Shown piece by piece: positions 14,796 through 31,360 of a stretch of DNA of 64,000 bases. The stretch is from Eledone cirrhosa (Eukaryota): assembly GCA_964016885.1 (NCBI GenBank), contig OZ024742.1, positions 170,934,001-170,998,000 on the forward strand, in the 5' to 3' direction. The notes beneath the pieces are model-generated. The model was not told the DNA's origin. It did not search any database and saw only the letters and a list, made by a program, of their open reading frames with translations. A program made the translations under genes and the position numbers. Numbering within the stretch: the stretch's first letter is position 1; every line of letters begins with the position of its first letter.

Positions 14796-15980
14796 CTAGC
14801 TAACAGGTTTAAAGTAGAAGAAAGAGCTTAATATTCGGTGGGGGCAAGAGGAAAATATTTCAGACTTTCTATTTAGTAGAGGGCATTTAGCAAATATAAT
14901 AGAGTGGGATTCGGCAAGGCATAGGTTACATACTCTATTATGAGGAGTATATGGATGGGATTTAGCAACCTGCCGCCAAGTAAGTGTGTAATGTGTTCGT
15001 GCATTTTTTAAATTATGGACGTACGCTGCCAAGGAGGTGGAGTTCCTCAGTTTATTATGTCTAAAAGTGCATTGGTGAGAGTTAAACCTGGTCTTAAAGG
15101 GGGTGGAGGTTGATCCTATATAGGTTTTAGTGGACGCCGTAGTTACCACATCACACGCATAAACTATGTTTCTAACAAGGCAGAAACCATTCAGGGGGCA
15201 GCCTGAAGCCCTTCTACAGTTACAACCTCTGGTGATGCTATTCTCAGAATGATCACCACTTGTGTTTCTGCCCACTCTGTCCACTACCGTGTTTTCCCCT
15301 AGGCTTAGGTTGTCCAGGCCTTCCTTTATTTTCTTATTATTAGTAATGGCCAGATGAGAGGCCAGATTTTGGGTTGTAGAATACGAAAGTTTAACAACAT
15401 TCTTATTGAGGATAGAGTGGTACCTATTACCAGGAGGGAAGTTCCTTTCTAACACAGAGAAGAAGGCCCTAGGAATATTTATAGCCACTTCAGAATTAAA
15501 AGGGGGGTTGAAGTATGTATTCAATCTTCTTCTATTCTTTTTATTCTTTCTATTTCCATCACTATTATTAGCATTATTATTTCTACGGTTACTATGCTCA
15601 CCTAGTCTATGCGGGGAGCTGCGAGGCCTACCATTGCTATTACTTAGACTAATGGTGCCCTGCTGGTTCATTCCACCGGCATTTAGAAACCTCCCATTCG
15701 CGACACCTCTATTGCTATTACTTAGACTAATGGTGCCCTGCTGCTTCATTCCACCGGCATTTAGAACCCTCCCATTCGCGACACCTCCATTACCAATGGA
15801 CATATTATGTGTTATAACAACACTGGTAGAGCTACTATTAGGACTATTATTTCCCTGGGTGTAATACAATTTGTCCCTAAAGCCGGATCTAGCTAAGGCA
15901 TCATTATAGTAATCAGCCTGCGAGTCAAACGCCTCCTCACTATGTGAGAGTGAACTTATTCTGTTAGATACGCCCTTCAG
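14796..15980 (-). pseudogene. Inverted duplicate of the family A ORF 3' half (thumb, linker, GIY-YIG)
   Basis: Translation is nearly identical to the C-terminal part of ORF 16007-17848; no start. Confidence 0.9.
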
Positions 15981-17848
15981 ACCTGGGGATTATTAGTAAG
16001 GGAATCTTGGATAGCGTTATTCCCCTGGTTAGAGAAAAAACTTTCCTTGAGCTTTGGGGTAACACTAGTGAGGTCATTAGGTGGTTCTCTACGGATTATG
16101 GTCGTGACTCACTCAAATTCATCCAATTTGATATTGATGCTTATTATACATCTATATCTCCTATTATCCTCAATAAGGCCCTCATCCTAGCCATGCAGAG
16201 GGGGGCAATTACAAGGCCACAGATAGATATTGTTCTCGCTGCACGTAAAACCATTATCATGTTTGAGGATAATCTATGGACGAGAAAAAACACACCTGAT
16301 AATTTTGACATTACTATGGGGTCGAGTGACTCTGCTCAAGTCACCGACTTAGTTGGGCTATACCTCCTCAATGAACTGCATAGTAACTTCCCTTTCCTTA
16401 GGGGCGGGTTGTACCGGGATGACGCCCTACTCTCCATAGATACTAGTAAGTATAATATAGTGCGCATTAGGAAAAAGCTGCATAGTTTTTTTAAAACATT
16501 TAACCTATCCATTACTATGGATATAAATGATAGAGCTGTGAACTTCCTGGATGTTACATTGGACTTGGGTAACCATACGTACACACCGTACCATAAGCCT
16601 AATGAATTGCTGACTTACGTGAATACCAACTCTAACCACCCTAGGTCGGTCATCAGCGGTATACTGAAGGGTGTATCTAACAGAATAAGTTCACTCTCAC
16701 ATAGTGAGGAGGCGTTTGACTCGCAGGCTGATTACTATAATGATGCCTTAGCTAGATCCGGCTTTAGGGACAAATTGTATTACACCCAGGGAAATAATAG
16801 TCCTAATAGTAGCTCTACCAGTGTTGTTATAACACATAATATGTCCATTGGTAAAGGAGGTGTCGCGAATGGGAGGGTTCTAAATGCCGGTGGAATGAAG
16901 CAGCAGGGCACCATTAGTCTAAGTAATAGCAATAGAGGTGTCGCGAATGGGAGGTTTCTAAATGCCGGTGGAATGAACCAGCAGGGCACCATTAGTCTAA
17001 GTAATAGCAATGGTAGGCCTCGCAGCTCCCCGCATAGACTAGGTGAGCATAGTAACCGTAGAAATAATAATGCTAATAATAGTGATGGAAATAGAAAGAA
17101 TAAAAAGAATAGAAGAAGATTGAATACATACTTCAACCCCCCTTTTAATTCTGAAGTGGCTATAAATATTCCTAGGGCCTTCTTCTCTGTGTTAGAAAGG
17201 AACTTCCCTCCTGGTAATAGGTACCACTCTATCCTCAATAAGAATGTTGTTAAACTTTCGTATTCTACAACCCAAAATCTGGCCTCTCATCTGGCCATTA
17301 CTAATAATAAGAAAATAAAGGAAGGCCTGGACAACCTAAGCCTAGGGGAAAACACGGTAGTGGACAGAGTGGGCAGAAACACAAGTGGTGATCATTCTGA
17401 GAATAGCATCACCAGAGGTTGTAACTGTAGAAGGGCTTCAGGCTGCCCCCTGAATGGTTTCTGCCTTGTTAGAAACATAGTTTATGCGTGTGATGTGGTA
17501 ACTACGGCGTCCACTAAAACCTATATAGGATCAACCTCCACCCCCTTTAAGACCAGGTTTAACTCTCACCAATGCACTTTTAGACATAATAAACTGAGGA
17601 ACTCCACCTCCTTGGCAGCGTACGTCCATAATTTAAAAAATGCACGAACACATTACACACTTACTTGGCGGCAGGTTGCTAAATCCCATCCATATACTCC
17701 TCATAATAGAGTATGTAACCTATGCCTTGCCGAATCCCACTCTATTATATTTGCTAAATGCCTTCTACTAAATAGAAAGTCTGAAATATTTTCCTCTTGC
17801 CCCCACCGAATATTAAGCTCTTTCTTCTACTTTAAACCTGTTAGCTAG
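15980..17848 (+). CDS. PLE reverse transcriptase + GIY-YIG endonuclease, 5'-truncated (family A)
   Basis: RT motifs FIQFDIDAYYTSI, MGSSDSAQVTDLVG, GLYRDD, VNFLDV. Also YFNPPFN, CNCxxxxxC, NIVY...YIGST...FKTRF, CNLC and terminal CPH. The frame is open from the inversion junction. Confidence 0.93.
   Translation, partial: DLGIISKGILDSVIPLVREKTFLELWGNTSEVIRWFSTDYGRDSLKFIQFDIDAYYTSISPIILNKALILAMQRGAITRPQIDIVLAARKTIIMFEDNLWTRKNTPDNFDITMGSSDSAQVTDLVGLYLLNELHSNFPFLRGGLYRDDALLSIDTSKYNIVRIRKKLHSFFKTFNLSITMDINDRAVNFLDVTLDLGNHTYTPYHKPNELLTYVNTNSNHPRSVISGILKGVSNRISSLSHSEEAFDSQADYYNDALARSGFRDKLYYTQGNNSPNSSSTSVVITHNMSIGKGGVANGRVLNAGGMKQQGTISLSNSNRGVANGRFLNAGGMNQQGTISLSNSNGRPRSSPHRLGEHSNRRNNNANNSDGNRKNKKNRRRLNTYFNPPFNSEVAINIPRAFFSVLERNFPPGNRYHSILNKNVVKLSYSTTQNLASHLAITNNKKIKEGLDNLSLGENTVVDRVGRNTSGDHSENSITRGCNCRRASGCPLNGFCLVRNIVYACDVVTTASTKTYIGSTSTPFKTRFNSHQCTFRHNKLRNSTSLAAYVHNLKNARTHYTLTWRQVAKSHPYTPHNRVCNLCLAESHSIIFAKCLLLNRKSEIFSSCPHRILSSFFYFKPVS
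16857..17011 (+). repeat. In-frame 78-bp tandem duplication in the family A ORF
   Basis: GVANGRVLNAGGMKQQGTISLSNSN followed by GVANGRFLNAGGMNQQGTISLSNSN. Confidence 0.92.
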
Positions 17849-19360
17849 CACTTCCTTATTTCTCCAGTTGGGCTATCTTGTGTAACTGTCTCCTATTGTT
17901 GGTCTTCTATGTATATGAGTCGGTGAGTGTATACGTATGCCTGCGGGAGGATATTGATCTGGATATTGGGGTGTACAGGTGAGTGGGTGTGTATGTTAAT
18001 AAGCACCCCTGTTTGGCACAGCGGATGTAACCCATCCACGCTCGCCTACCCACCATTGGTGCATTGGTGGGTCTATCCTGACGTATATCTTGTGGATCTG
18101 TACCTCTGTATGCGCATGAGTTGTGATGTAATGTATCTATGTAGAGCGTGTACTGTGATATAGGCTGCACTAATAGAAATTTAGCCTGTAACTGTGGGCG
18201 GACCTGTGCCATCCCGCCGTAAGCAGTAGATACGTGGCGCATGTACGTGTTGCCCTCATATTCTGTGGTTTAAGATCTACAGGCTGACTTCTGGGAGCTC
18301 TTGCCCGGGGTTGTAGTCTTTCTAGCACGATCGGCCTTCCATATATTGACGGTCGTTGTTATGATCCCGAAAGTAACGTTTTGGCCCCGATAGCCCTCCG
18401 TAGTTACTAACGGTCTGTGTACACTTGAATCGGGCAATGGCACGTGCGGACATGATTATCTCCGTAGGAATTCAACTTTATTTTACTACATCTCATCGTA
18501 TGTATTTATTTTGAATGTATTATCCGTGGTGGTGGGTCTTGCCTATTGTGGTATTTCGGTGTTTAATATCAGCTTTGACCCGGGTGTCCTACGCTGTGTG
18601 TGTGTGCGTGTGTGTCTGTGTATACATTTATATGTGTATGGCTGTAGGTGGTTGTATATGTCTGTATATACAAAAAAAAAATATATATATATATGTATAC
18701 CGTCTCTGCATATGCATGTGGTGTGTATATGTGCATATACGTGCTGAACATATTGATGTGTACAATCTTGTGATGTCCCAATGCGGTGACTTCATGGCTC
18801 TTGAAGCTATTTTTTATATATCTTTTGTCTTTTTATATATCTTTTGTATGCGCTCCAACTGTGTCTGCTTGCATTGGCTAACCCGCCTGCACCTCGCTTG
18901 CTACTGCACGTGAATTCTCCTACCTTCCTTCGATGCACCTCTGTTTGACCATTGGACTCCTGCCCGGGTGTGAACCGGTTTGTGATTACCCCACCGCTCA
19001 ACTGTGTGAATGCACACCCGTGACTTTCGAGTGAACTTTTGAGACTGCCCAACCTGGGACGCCTCCATTGCCTTGCAATTGTCAAGTGATACTGGGGACT
19101 GTGACACTTAGTGCCTTCGTGGGCCCCTGATATTTTCAAGAAATATATTTTAAAAAATGGTCAAGTGATACAGATAACTGTGACACTTAGTGCCTTCGTG
19201 GGCCCCTGATATATTCAAAAGATATATTCTAAAAAAAATATATATCTTATCTCAATTTACTTTATTTCATTTTATTTTATTTTATTTCATTTCATTTTAT
19301 CTAATTTTATTTATTTACTTATTTAATTTCATTTATTTATTTATTTATTTATTTATTTAC

Positions 19361-19392
<32 letters not shown>

Positions 19393-20026
19393 ATTTAATA
19401 TTAATTTTAATTTTATTTATTTATTTAATTTTATTTATTTATTTATTTATTTATTTATTATTAATTACATTTAATTATATCTTATATTATATTATTTTAC
19501 TTTAGTCTATTTTATTTTATTTTATTTTAGTTTACCTTATTTTATCTTATTTTATGATTATATTATATTATGTTCTATTTTATATAATTTTAATTTTAAT
19601 TTTATATTATTTTATTTCATTCCTTACCCTGTATCACTATTATCTGTATATTTTATATTTTATATGTAAGTTTGTTATATATTTCTTTATATTTTCTTAT
19701 ATATATTATAAGTCTGTTTTTCACCTATTTTTTACCTACTCTTACCTAATCCTATCTATCTTATCTACTCTTGTCTGTTCTCTTATCCATGTGTATGCTT
19801 GTATGTAACTATATGTTGACAGCACCCCGCCCAACTGTGACTGATAGCACCCCTTATTTTTCATTGTTTATTTTATTATTTTATTTTTATTTTTATTTTT
19901 ATTTTTATTTTTATTTTTATTTTTATTCTTATTTTTACTTTTACTTCCTTAATATCCTTTATCTTCTATTATTTTTCATTCTTCAATGTCTTGGATTTGT
20001 TATTGCTTGTATGGTATGTAATTAAC

Positions 20027-20084
20027 CTTTATGCTCTGATGAGTCCCACTTATAGTGCGGATGAAACAATGTTAGCAAGTAAAG
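20027..20084 (+). ncRNA. Type I hammerhead ribozyme (family A pLTR)
   Basis: CTTTA-TGCT CTGATGA GTCC-CACT tat AGTG-c-GGAT GAAAC aat GTT AGCA-ag-TAAAG. Confidence 0.82.
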
Positions 20085-20213
20085 ATATGCATATGCTATA
20101 GGCGTTCTTTGTTATTTATTATATCACGGCTCTGTCCTCAGATATCGAGCTAACCTTATACTGCCTGCTGGATAAGTGGAGTGTTATACACCCCTGATCC
20201 TCTCCCTAGTATA

Positions 20214-24393
<4,180 letters not shown>

Positions 24394-25052
24394 ACGTTAT
24401 TCCGGGTTGAATCGGAGGTAACCACAGTAAGTAAGGTACTCAATACATAGCAGAGTATAAAAGTTTTAATATAGATGAGATTCTACAGGACTAGAACTGT
24501 TTCATTCATTAGAAATCATCAGGAATCTGGGTATCAAAAAATAAAAATGGTATTTATAGGTCTCTACAAGTGGTAGGAGAGGGTGGGGAGTGGGATGGGT
24601 GCAGGTCATTGGTTGATAGAAAAGGGAATTCATTAAAAGCTAATTCTACAAAGCTATAGTTTATTTTTATTTATTTATGTTTTTAGAGTAACAAGGGCAG
24701 ACAGAATTCTATAAACAGGTTCCGGATGGCATACCATTCCGTGTCATTAAGTTTCTCTTAAGCTAACAGATGTCTATAAAATCAGTGGGGGGTCAGTCGT
24801 GGTCGATAGAATTAAAGAAAAGGGAGATTCTTTAAAAGCTAAAATCATTAAGGTTCTACTAAGTGACAAAGGTCTAGAGAATTCTGCAGACAGATTCAAA
24901 ATACTGAGTGCATATCTTACTATTATCTTCGAACTTCTCTTAAACTAATCAACTATATGCCAAAAATCAACAGACACATTCACAAAAAAAACAAAAAAAC
25001 ATACTCACTCACACACTTACGCGCAACCATAAACACACACACAAACACATAT

Positions 25053-25111
<59 letters not shown>

Positions 25112-25396
25112 TATATATATACGTGTGTGATTGTATTTATATGTGTATATATGTGTGTGTGTGTGTATGTATGTGTATGTGTGTGTGTATGTGTATATAT
25201 ATATAAATATATGTATATACACACACATATATATATATACACATAGACACACACATACACATACATACACACACACACACATATATACACATATAAATAC
25301 AATCACACACATACATACAAACACAAATATACATGTGTATACATATACACATAAATAAATATAGACATATATACATACATATACACAGACACATAT

Positions 25397-25448
<52 letters not shown>

Positions 25449-25490
25449 ACACATACATACATACACATATATATACACACACATACGTAT

Positions 25491-25492
<2 letters not shown>
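24394..25492 (-). mobile_element. Left arm of HHR-bearing PLE-derived element family D
   Basis: 24467-25492 is the reverse complement of 38017-38957, with an extra tail at 24394-24466. Contains an HHR and no ORF. Confidence 0.8.
24478..24528 (-). ncRNA. Type I hammerhead ribozyme (family D, left arm)
   Basis: Reverse complement of 38896-38946. Confidence 0.78.
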
Positions 25493-25528
<36 letters not shown>

Positions 25529-25826
25529 CGGCGATGAATTAGTTTTGCGAGGTTTTTTATATGAAATCGTGTGTCGAAACAGATATTGTTATATTTGGGG
25601 AGGGTCATATTTGCGTAATATTGCCAGAATTAATAACAGAACACACTCACTGTTTGGTTGGTTTTCGCTTCTCGCTGTCTTTTATATATATATATCTGCG
25701 ATCTAACTTACTCGGTCCTCAATGTTGCCATTGACTGACCGGCGGTCAAAAATAATACAGATACAATATAGACAAACACATATATATATAGTTTACATAA
25801 ATCTTTCGTTGCACACCTGCAACATC

Positions 25827-26750
25827 TATGCTAAACCCATGGCCTCCAAATACCTGATACTCAAAAACTCAGCAATGTCCAGTAGTGCTAAGTTTAATAT
25901 TCTGATCGCAGATTTGGTACGAGTGATGAAGAATGTGTCCAGCATGTGCGACCCAACAGAAATGGAAGGACACATCCAACACTTCATCAACCGCATGCAG
26001 TTCTCTGGCTACAACCAAAGAGACAGAGTCAGAGTATACGAAGGAGCCATGGAAAAGTATAAGACCCTCATAGAACTGGACATGAAAGGAATTTGCCCAC
26101 TATACAGGAGCAAATCATGGAATAGCTTAGATAGGGCTAGACATAAGATAGGGAAGGCCACATCATGGTACGACAACCAGAGATATCAGAGTGTCATGTT
26201 TGTGGACGCCACCCCTGGAGGGAAATTAGCTAACCAGTGTAGAAAGGCCCTGAGAAAGACCCACTTAAAAATAAAGGTGGTAGAAAAGCCAGGAACCACC
26301 ATAAAATCCCTGATCAGCAAAACCTACCCTTTTAAGAAAACCCACTGTACCAATAGGAAATGTATCATATGTAAGGTGAACCCCCGGATAAACTGTAAAA
26401 CTAGAAACGTAGTCTATAGCATAAGATGTACAGAGGGTACTTGCAGAAACACGACAACAACATACATAGGTGAGACAGCTCGTAGCATAGGTGAAAGGAT
26501 AGACCAACACTGGGGGGAACTAAAAGGACGAAAAAACGGGTCAGTACTATATGAACATGCTAGACAACATCATGACGGTAACATAGACAACATAGAAATT
26601 AGAATAATATCTAAACATAGGAATGACCCAGCAGATAGGCAAATCAGAGAGGCCAGTGAAATAGAAATTAGAAGACCAAAGCTAAACAGAAAGAATGAGT
26701 GGAACAACAACAACACCCAAACAAACAACACTGACCTAAGAGAAGTATAA
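25827..26750 (+). pseudogene. 5'-truncated family B ORF (thumb and GIY-YIG)
   Basis: YAKPMASKY... to stop, identical in protein to the C-terminus of ORF 28869-30860. Confidence 0.9.
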
Positions 26751-27000
26751 ATAAATAAGTAAATTAAATTAAATAAAATAAGATAAATAAATACATACAC
26801 AAGCACATAAACACACACTAGTCACCCAGCAACACATCACACATAACACTATACACACACGCAAACGCATGCGCAAAGAAGACAAAATAAAATAAGATAA
26901 ACAAACAAGCAAATAAATAAATAAATATATAGACAGACTGAACAAAAAAAAAAAAATGGCGTAGACATACAACACAACAGGAGGAACAATGAATATAACA

Positions 27001-27040
27001 CCACTGACGATGTTGCAGGTGTGCAACGAAAGATTTATGT
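27001..27040 (+). ncRNA. Hammerhead-like motif in family B pLTR 1
   Basis: CTGACGA T GTTGCA GGTG TGCAAC GAAA GATTTA TG. Same position as the family C HHR, but stem I is only about 2 bp. Confidence 0.5.
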
Positions 27041-27226
27041 AAACTATATATATATGTGTTTGTCTATATTGTATCTGTATTATTTTTGACCGCCGGTCAG
27101 TCAATGGCAACATTGAGGACCGAGTAAGTTAGATCGCAGATATATATATATAAAAGACAGCGAGAAGCGAAAACCAACCAAACAGTGAGTGTGTTCTGTT
27201 ATTAATTCTGGCAATATTACGCAAAT

Positions 27227-30200
27227 ATGACCCTCCCCAAATATAACAATATCTGTTTCGACACACGATTTCATATAAAAAACCTCGCAAAACTAATTCA
27301 TCGCCGCTATGGCATTAGCTTGTGCCAAGCTGAAAGGTTATTGAAAGACACTGTTTTTCTGTTATATAAAAACTACAATAACAACAGAACAAATCCGCTT
27401 CTTAAAACACTGTGTTTCCTCCAAAACATACACAACAAACATATCAAAACAAGTAAATAATTTATTATTGAACAAAACACAAGCTGAACGGCTAAAACAC
27501 ACAATAACAGTTAATATGAAAAGAACAACATACACAAAAGTCAACGCACTCTACAGACAAAAACGCATCAACGGTAAGGAAATCCGAAATCTCATCACAG
27601 CAAACGAGAGAGATGACTTCATGAGCGTCATCCGACGCGAAACGAAATATGCTCAAAACGAATGCTGTAGGCATTTCAAGAAGAAATTAGAATGGATGAA
27701 TAAGAAAAAACTACAAGAAAGGAAAATCGAATATTCTCAAAAATACCCAGATAACATCGACAACATCCGTATGAGTGATGTAAAACTACCGGAAGAATTT
27801 ACCAATGACCACACAGTAAATATCTATGGGAACACTTTAATCAGTGAACAAGAACAACAAATCCTAAAGTTACCACCAAAATTTGCCATCTACAAAAAGA
27901 TTAATCCTATGGAATGCAAAACGGAGCTGGAAAAGTGTTTCACAAAAATACGTTGGAATGCAAAGGTAAACAACAACAACAATAATAACGGTAGTAGTAA
28001 TATAAACAATAACTCTGGGTATAGAAATAACAGCCATAACCATAACAATGGCAGGAAAGTGAGAAATAGTGATAATGGTAATAATACTAGCGATAGACAG
28101 AACAACAACAACCACAATAATAATAATAATAGAAACGTTAACCACAGACACAGCAACAGTGACCACAGTAGTAATAACGGTAACAATACGAACAACAACA
28201 ACAACAATAACCACAGTGGTAATAATGGAAATAGTACATGTAGCAACATCAACAAAAACAAGAAACATAATAATAGTAACAACCACAATGGTAGAAATAG
28301 CAGTAACAACAACAACAATAACGGTGAAGTAAACAACAATACATCTAGCAATCATAACAATAATAATATTAATGCTAAGGATAGAAACAACAACAACCAC
28401 CATGATAACAATAATAGCAACACACACAACTATGACGATAGAAATAACGACAACCCCTTAGAGAAACTATTTTTCAACCCAGCTGACAAAACATATAAGA
28501 TGGGTAATATCTATCCTACGAGGTTACCCTTTAATAAAAGAGTTTGCATACCACAACAAATAGATGACGAGACGGAGGCACAGTTCACCATAGCTAGAAA
28601 TAAGATTAGACAAGTAGTAGACAGGTACACTATGAGACAGAGCAGACCAGAGGCCCAACAACTTGGGATAAAACCTGTAGAAGGCTTGGTAGCCTCAAGC
28701 AGCGCACAAGGGATGGTGAGGTAGTGTGTCTACCCACAGATAAGTCTGGTAGGATGTCAATAGATAGCATGCCGAACTACATCGAGGCAATGCAACCCAC
28801 ATCACCAACACGAGCGAAGTTGCACAACTAACACACACGATGGGAGAGAAAAAATCCTCAACGCTCACATGATGATGTGGACTGACATCCTAAAGCCAAG
28901 CAGACGCACTGCCAACAACTTCCAGGCGTCTAACAATGGCATACCACCCTTGTATGGGCTCCGCAAAGACCACAAGACTGTCGACGACCCGACAATAGGA
29001 CCACCAACAAGACCTGTATGCGGAGCTAATATAGCTAGCAACTACAGGATCTCCTACTTCCTCTCAATGGTTATACGCCCCATAATCAAGATGTCCCCAG
29101 ATGTATGTGAAAGTACAGAGGACCTCCTCAGCAGAATCAGTGAGTGCAACAAAAACAGGAGCCTATCCAACTGCATAATAGGCAGCATGGATGTGGTGTC
29201 ACTGTACCCATCCATTAACATTGATTTTGCTGTGAAAAGATGTGTGGAGATGATCATTGAGAGTGAGGTGGAGTTCTGCGACGTCGACACAGACGAACTG
29301 GGCCTCCTACTTAGACTTACCTACGACACTGACTACCTAGACAGCCATGACCTTAGATGTTTCTGCCCTAGTAGACCTATAAGAGGTAGACCCCCCACCA
29401 TAACCTCAATGGCTAAAAAGACTCCCATAGGAAGGTGGATTGGGTGGACCAAAGCTATACGGACCCCCCAAAACACTGATCAGGTAAGAAAAATGGTCGC
29501 ACATGCAATAGGGGCTAGTATCAAAACTACCCTAAAGGGCCACATATTTAAGTTCAATGAGAAAATCTACACCCAAAATGAGGGAGCAGCCATCGGCGTC
29601 AGCATAGCTGGCGATGTTGCCAACCTTTTCATGGTATGGTGGGAAAGGAGACTTAAAGATCTCCTTAATGAAAGCTCCATAGACCTCATCATGTACTCTC
29701 GTTATGTAGACGATATCAATATAGTTATAAGAACACCCCCACTAGAGAGCACTAACAAGTTTGATTTAGAACGTAGCACGATGGAAAGCATCCAGCAGAT
29801 AGCTAATTCCATACACCAGAGTATAACTGTAACTATAGACTTCCCTTCCAAACACCCTAACAATAGACTACCTGTATTAGACACAGAACTCTGGATTAAC
29901 ACTATAGACGAGAGAGCCCAAATTCTCCACTCACACTATGCTAAACCCATGGCCTCCAAATACCTGATACTCAAAAACTCAGCAATGTCCAGTAGTGCTA
30001 AGTTTAATATTCTGATCGCAGATTTGGTACGAGTGATGAAGAATGTGTCCAGCATGTGCGACCCAACAGAAATGGAAGGACACATCCAACACTTCATCAA
30101 CCGCATGCAGTTCTCTGGCTACAACCAAAGAGACAGAGTCAGAGTATACGAAGGAGCCATGGAAAAGTATAAGACCCTCATAGAACTGGACATGAAAGGA

Positions 30201-30860
30201 ATTTGCCCACTATACAGGAGCAAATCATGGAATAGCTTAGATAGGGCTAGACATAAGATAGGGAAGGCCACATCATGGTACGACAACCAGAGATATCAGA
30301 GTGTCATGTTTGTGGACGCCACCCCTGGAGGGAAATTAGCTAACCAGTGTAGAAAGGCCCTGAGAAAGACCCACTTAAAAATAAAGGTGGTAGAAAAGCC
30401 AGGAACCACCATAAAATCCCTGATCAGCAAAACCTACCCTTTTAAGAAAACCCACTGTACCAATAGGAAATGTATCATATGTAAGGTGAACCCCCGGATA
30501 AACTGTAAAACTAGAAACGTAGTCTATAGCATAAGATGTACAGAGGGTACTTGCAGAAACACGACAACAACATACATAGGTGAGACAGCTCGTAGCATAG
30601 GTGAAAGGATAGACCAACACTGGGGGGAACTAAAAGGACGAAAAAACGGGTCAGTACTATACGAACATGCTAGACAACATCATGACGGTAACATAGACAA
30701 CATAGAAATTAGAATAATATCTAAACATAGGAATGACCCAGCAGATAGGCAAATCAGAGAGGCCAGTGAAATAGAAATTAGAAGACCAAAGCTAAACAGA
30801 AAGAATGAGTGGAACAACAACAACACCCAAACAAACAACACTGACCTAAGAGAAGTATAA
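27227..30860 (+). CDS. Family B RT + GIY-YIG ORF, unit 1, with 4 small indels in simple-sequence runs
   Basis: Matches unit 2 apart from indels near 27355, 28690, 28798 and 28833. Has GSMDVVSLYPS, GAAIG, RYVDD, LPVLD, a Cys-rich linker and NVVY...YIGET.R...R..QH. Confidence 0.85.
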
Positions 30861-31134
30861 ATAAATAAGTAAATTAAATTAAATAAAATAAGATAAATAA
30901 ATACATACACAAGCACATAAACACACACTAGTCACCCAGCAGACACAACACTATACACACTAGTCACACATCACACATAACACTATACACACACGCAAAC
31001 GCATGCGCAAAGAAGACAAAATAAAATAAGATAAACAAACAAGCAAATAAATAAATAAATATATAGACAGACTGAACAAAAAAAAAAAAATGGCGTAGAC
31101 ATACAACACAACAGGAGGAACAATGAATATAACA

Positions 31135-31174
31135 CCACTGACGATGTTGCAGATGTGCAACGAAAGATTTATGT
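31135..31174 (+). ncRNA. Hammerhead-like motif in family B pLTR 2
   Basis: As 27001-27040 but with loop II GATG. Confidence 0.5.
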
Positions 31175-31360
31175 AAACTATATATATATGTGTTTGTCTA
31201 TATTGTATCTGTATTATTTTTGACCGCCGGTCAGTCAATGGCAACATTGAGGACCGAGTAAGTTAGATCGCAGATATATATATATAAAAGACAGCGAGAA
31301 GCGAAAACCAACCAAACAGTGAGTGTGTTCTGTTATTAATTCTGGCAATATTACGCAAAT

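Larger units (their letters stand above)
12516..20213. mobile_element. Penelope-like retroelement family A (Hydra-like), 5'-truncated, with about 3.46-kb inverted arms
   Basis: 12516-15980 is the near-identical reverse complement of 16664-20124. There is a 683-bp unique spacer and about 90 bp of tail on the right. It carries an RT+GIY-YIG ORF and an HHR in each arm, and is flanked by (TA)n. Confidence 0.93.

Noticed and set aside
25722-25826. Apparent start [10 protein letters not shown]... of the 342-aa ORF
   Set aside because: It is the inverted pLTR fused in frame by chance to the truncated ORF.
27870-28427. Hydrophobic ORFs resembling membrane proteins (also 32003-32560, 15406-15864, 16780-17238)
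   Set aside because: They are antisense or alternate-frame shadows of the Asn-rich tracts.
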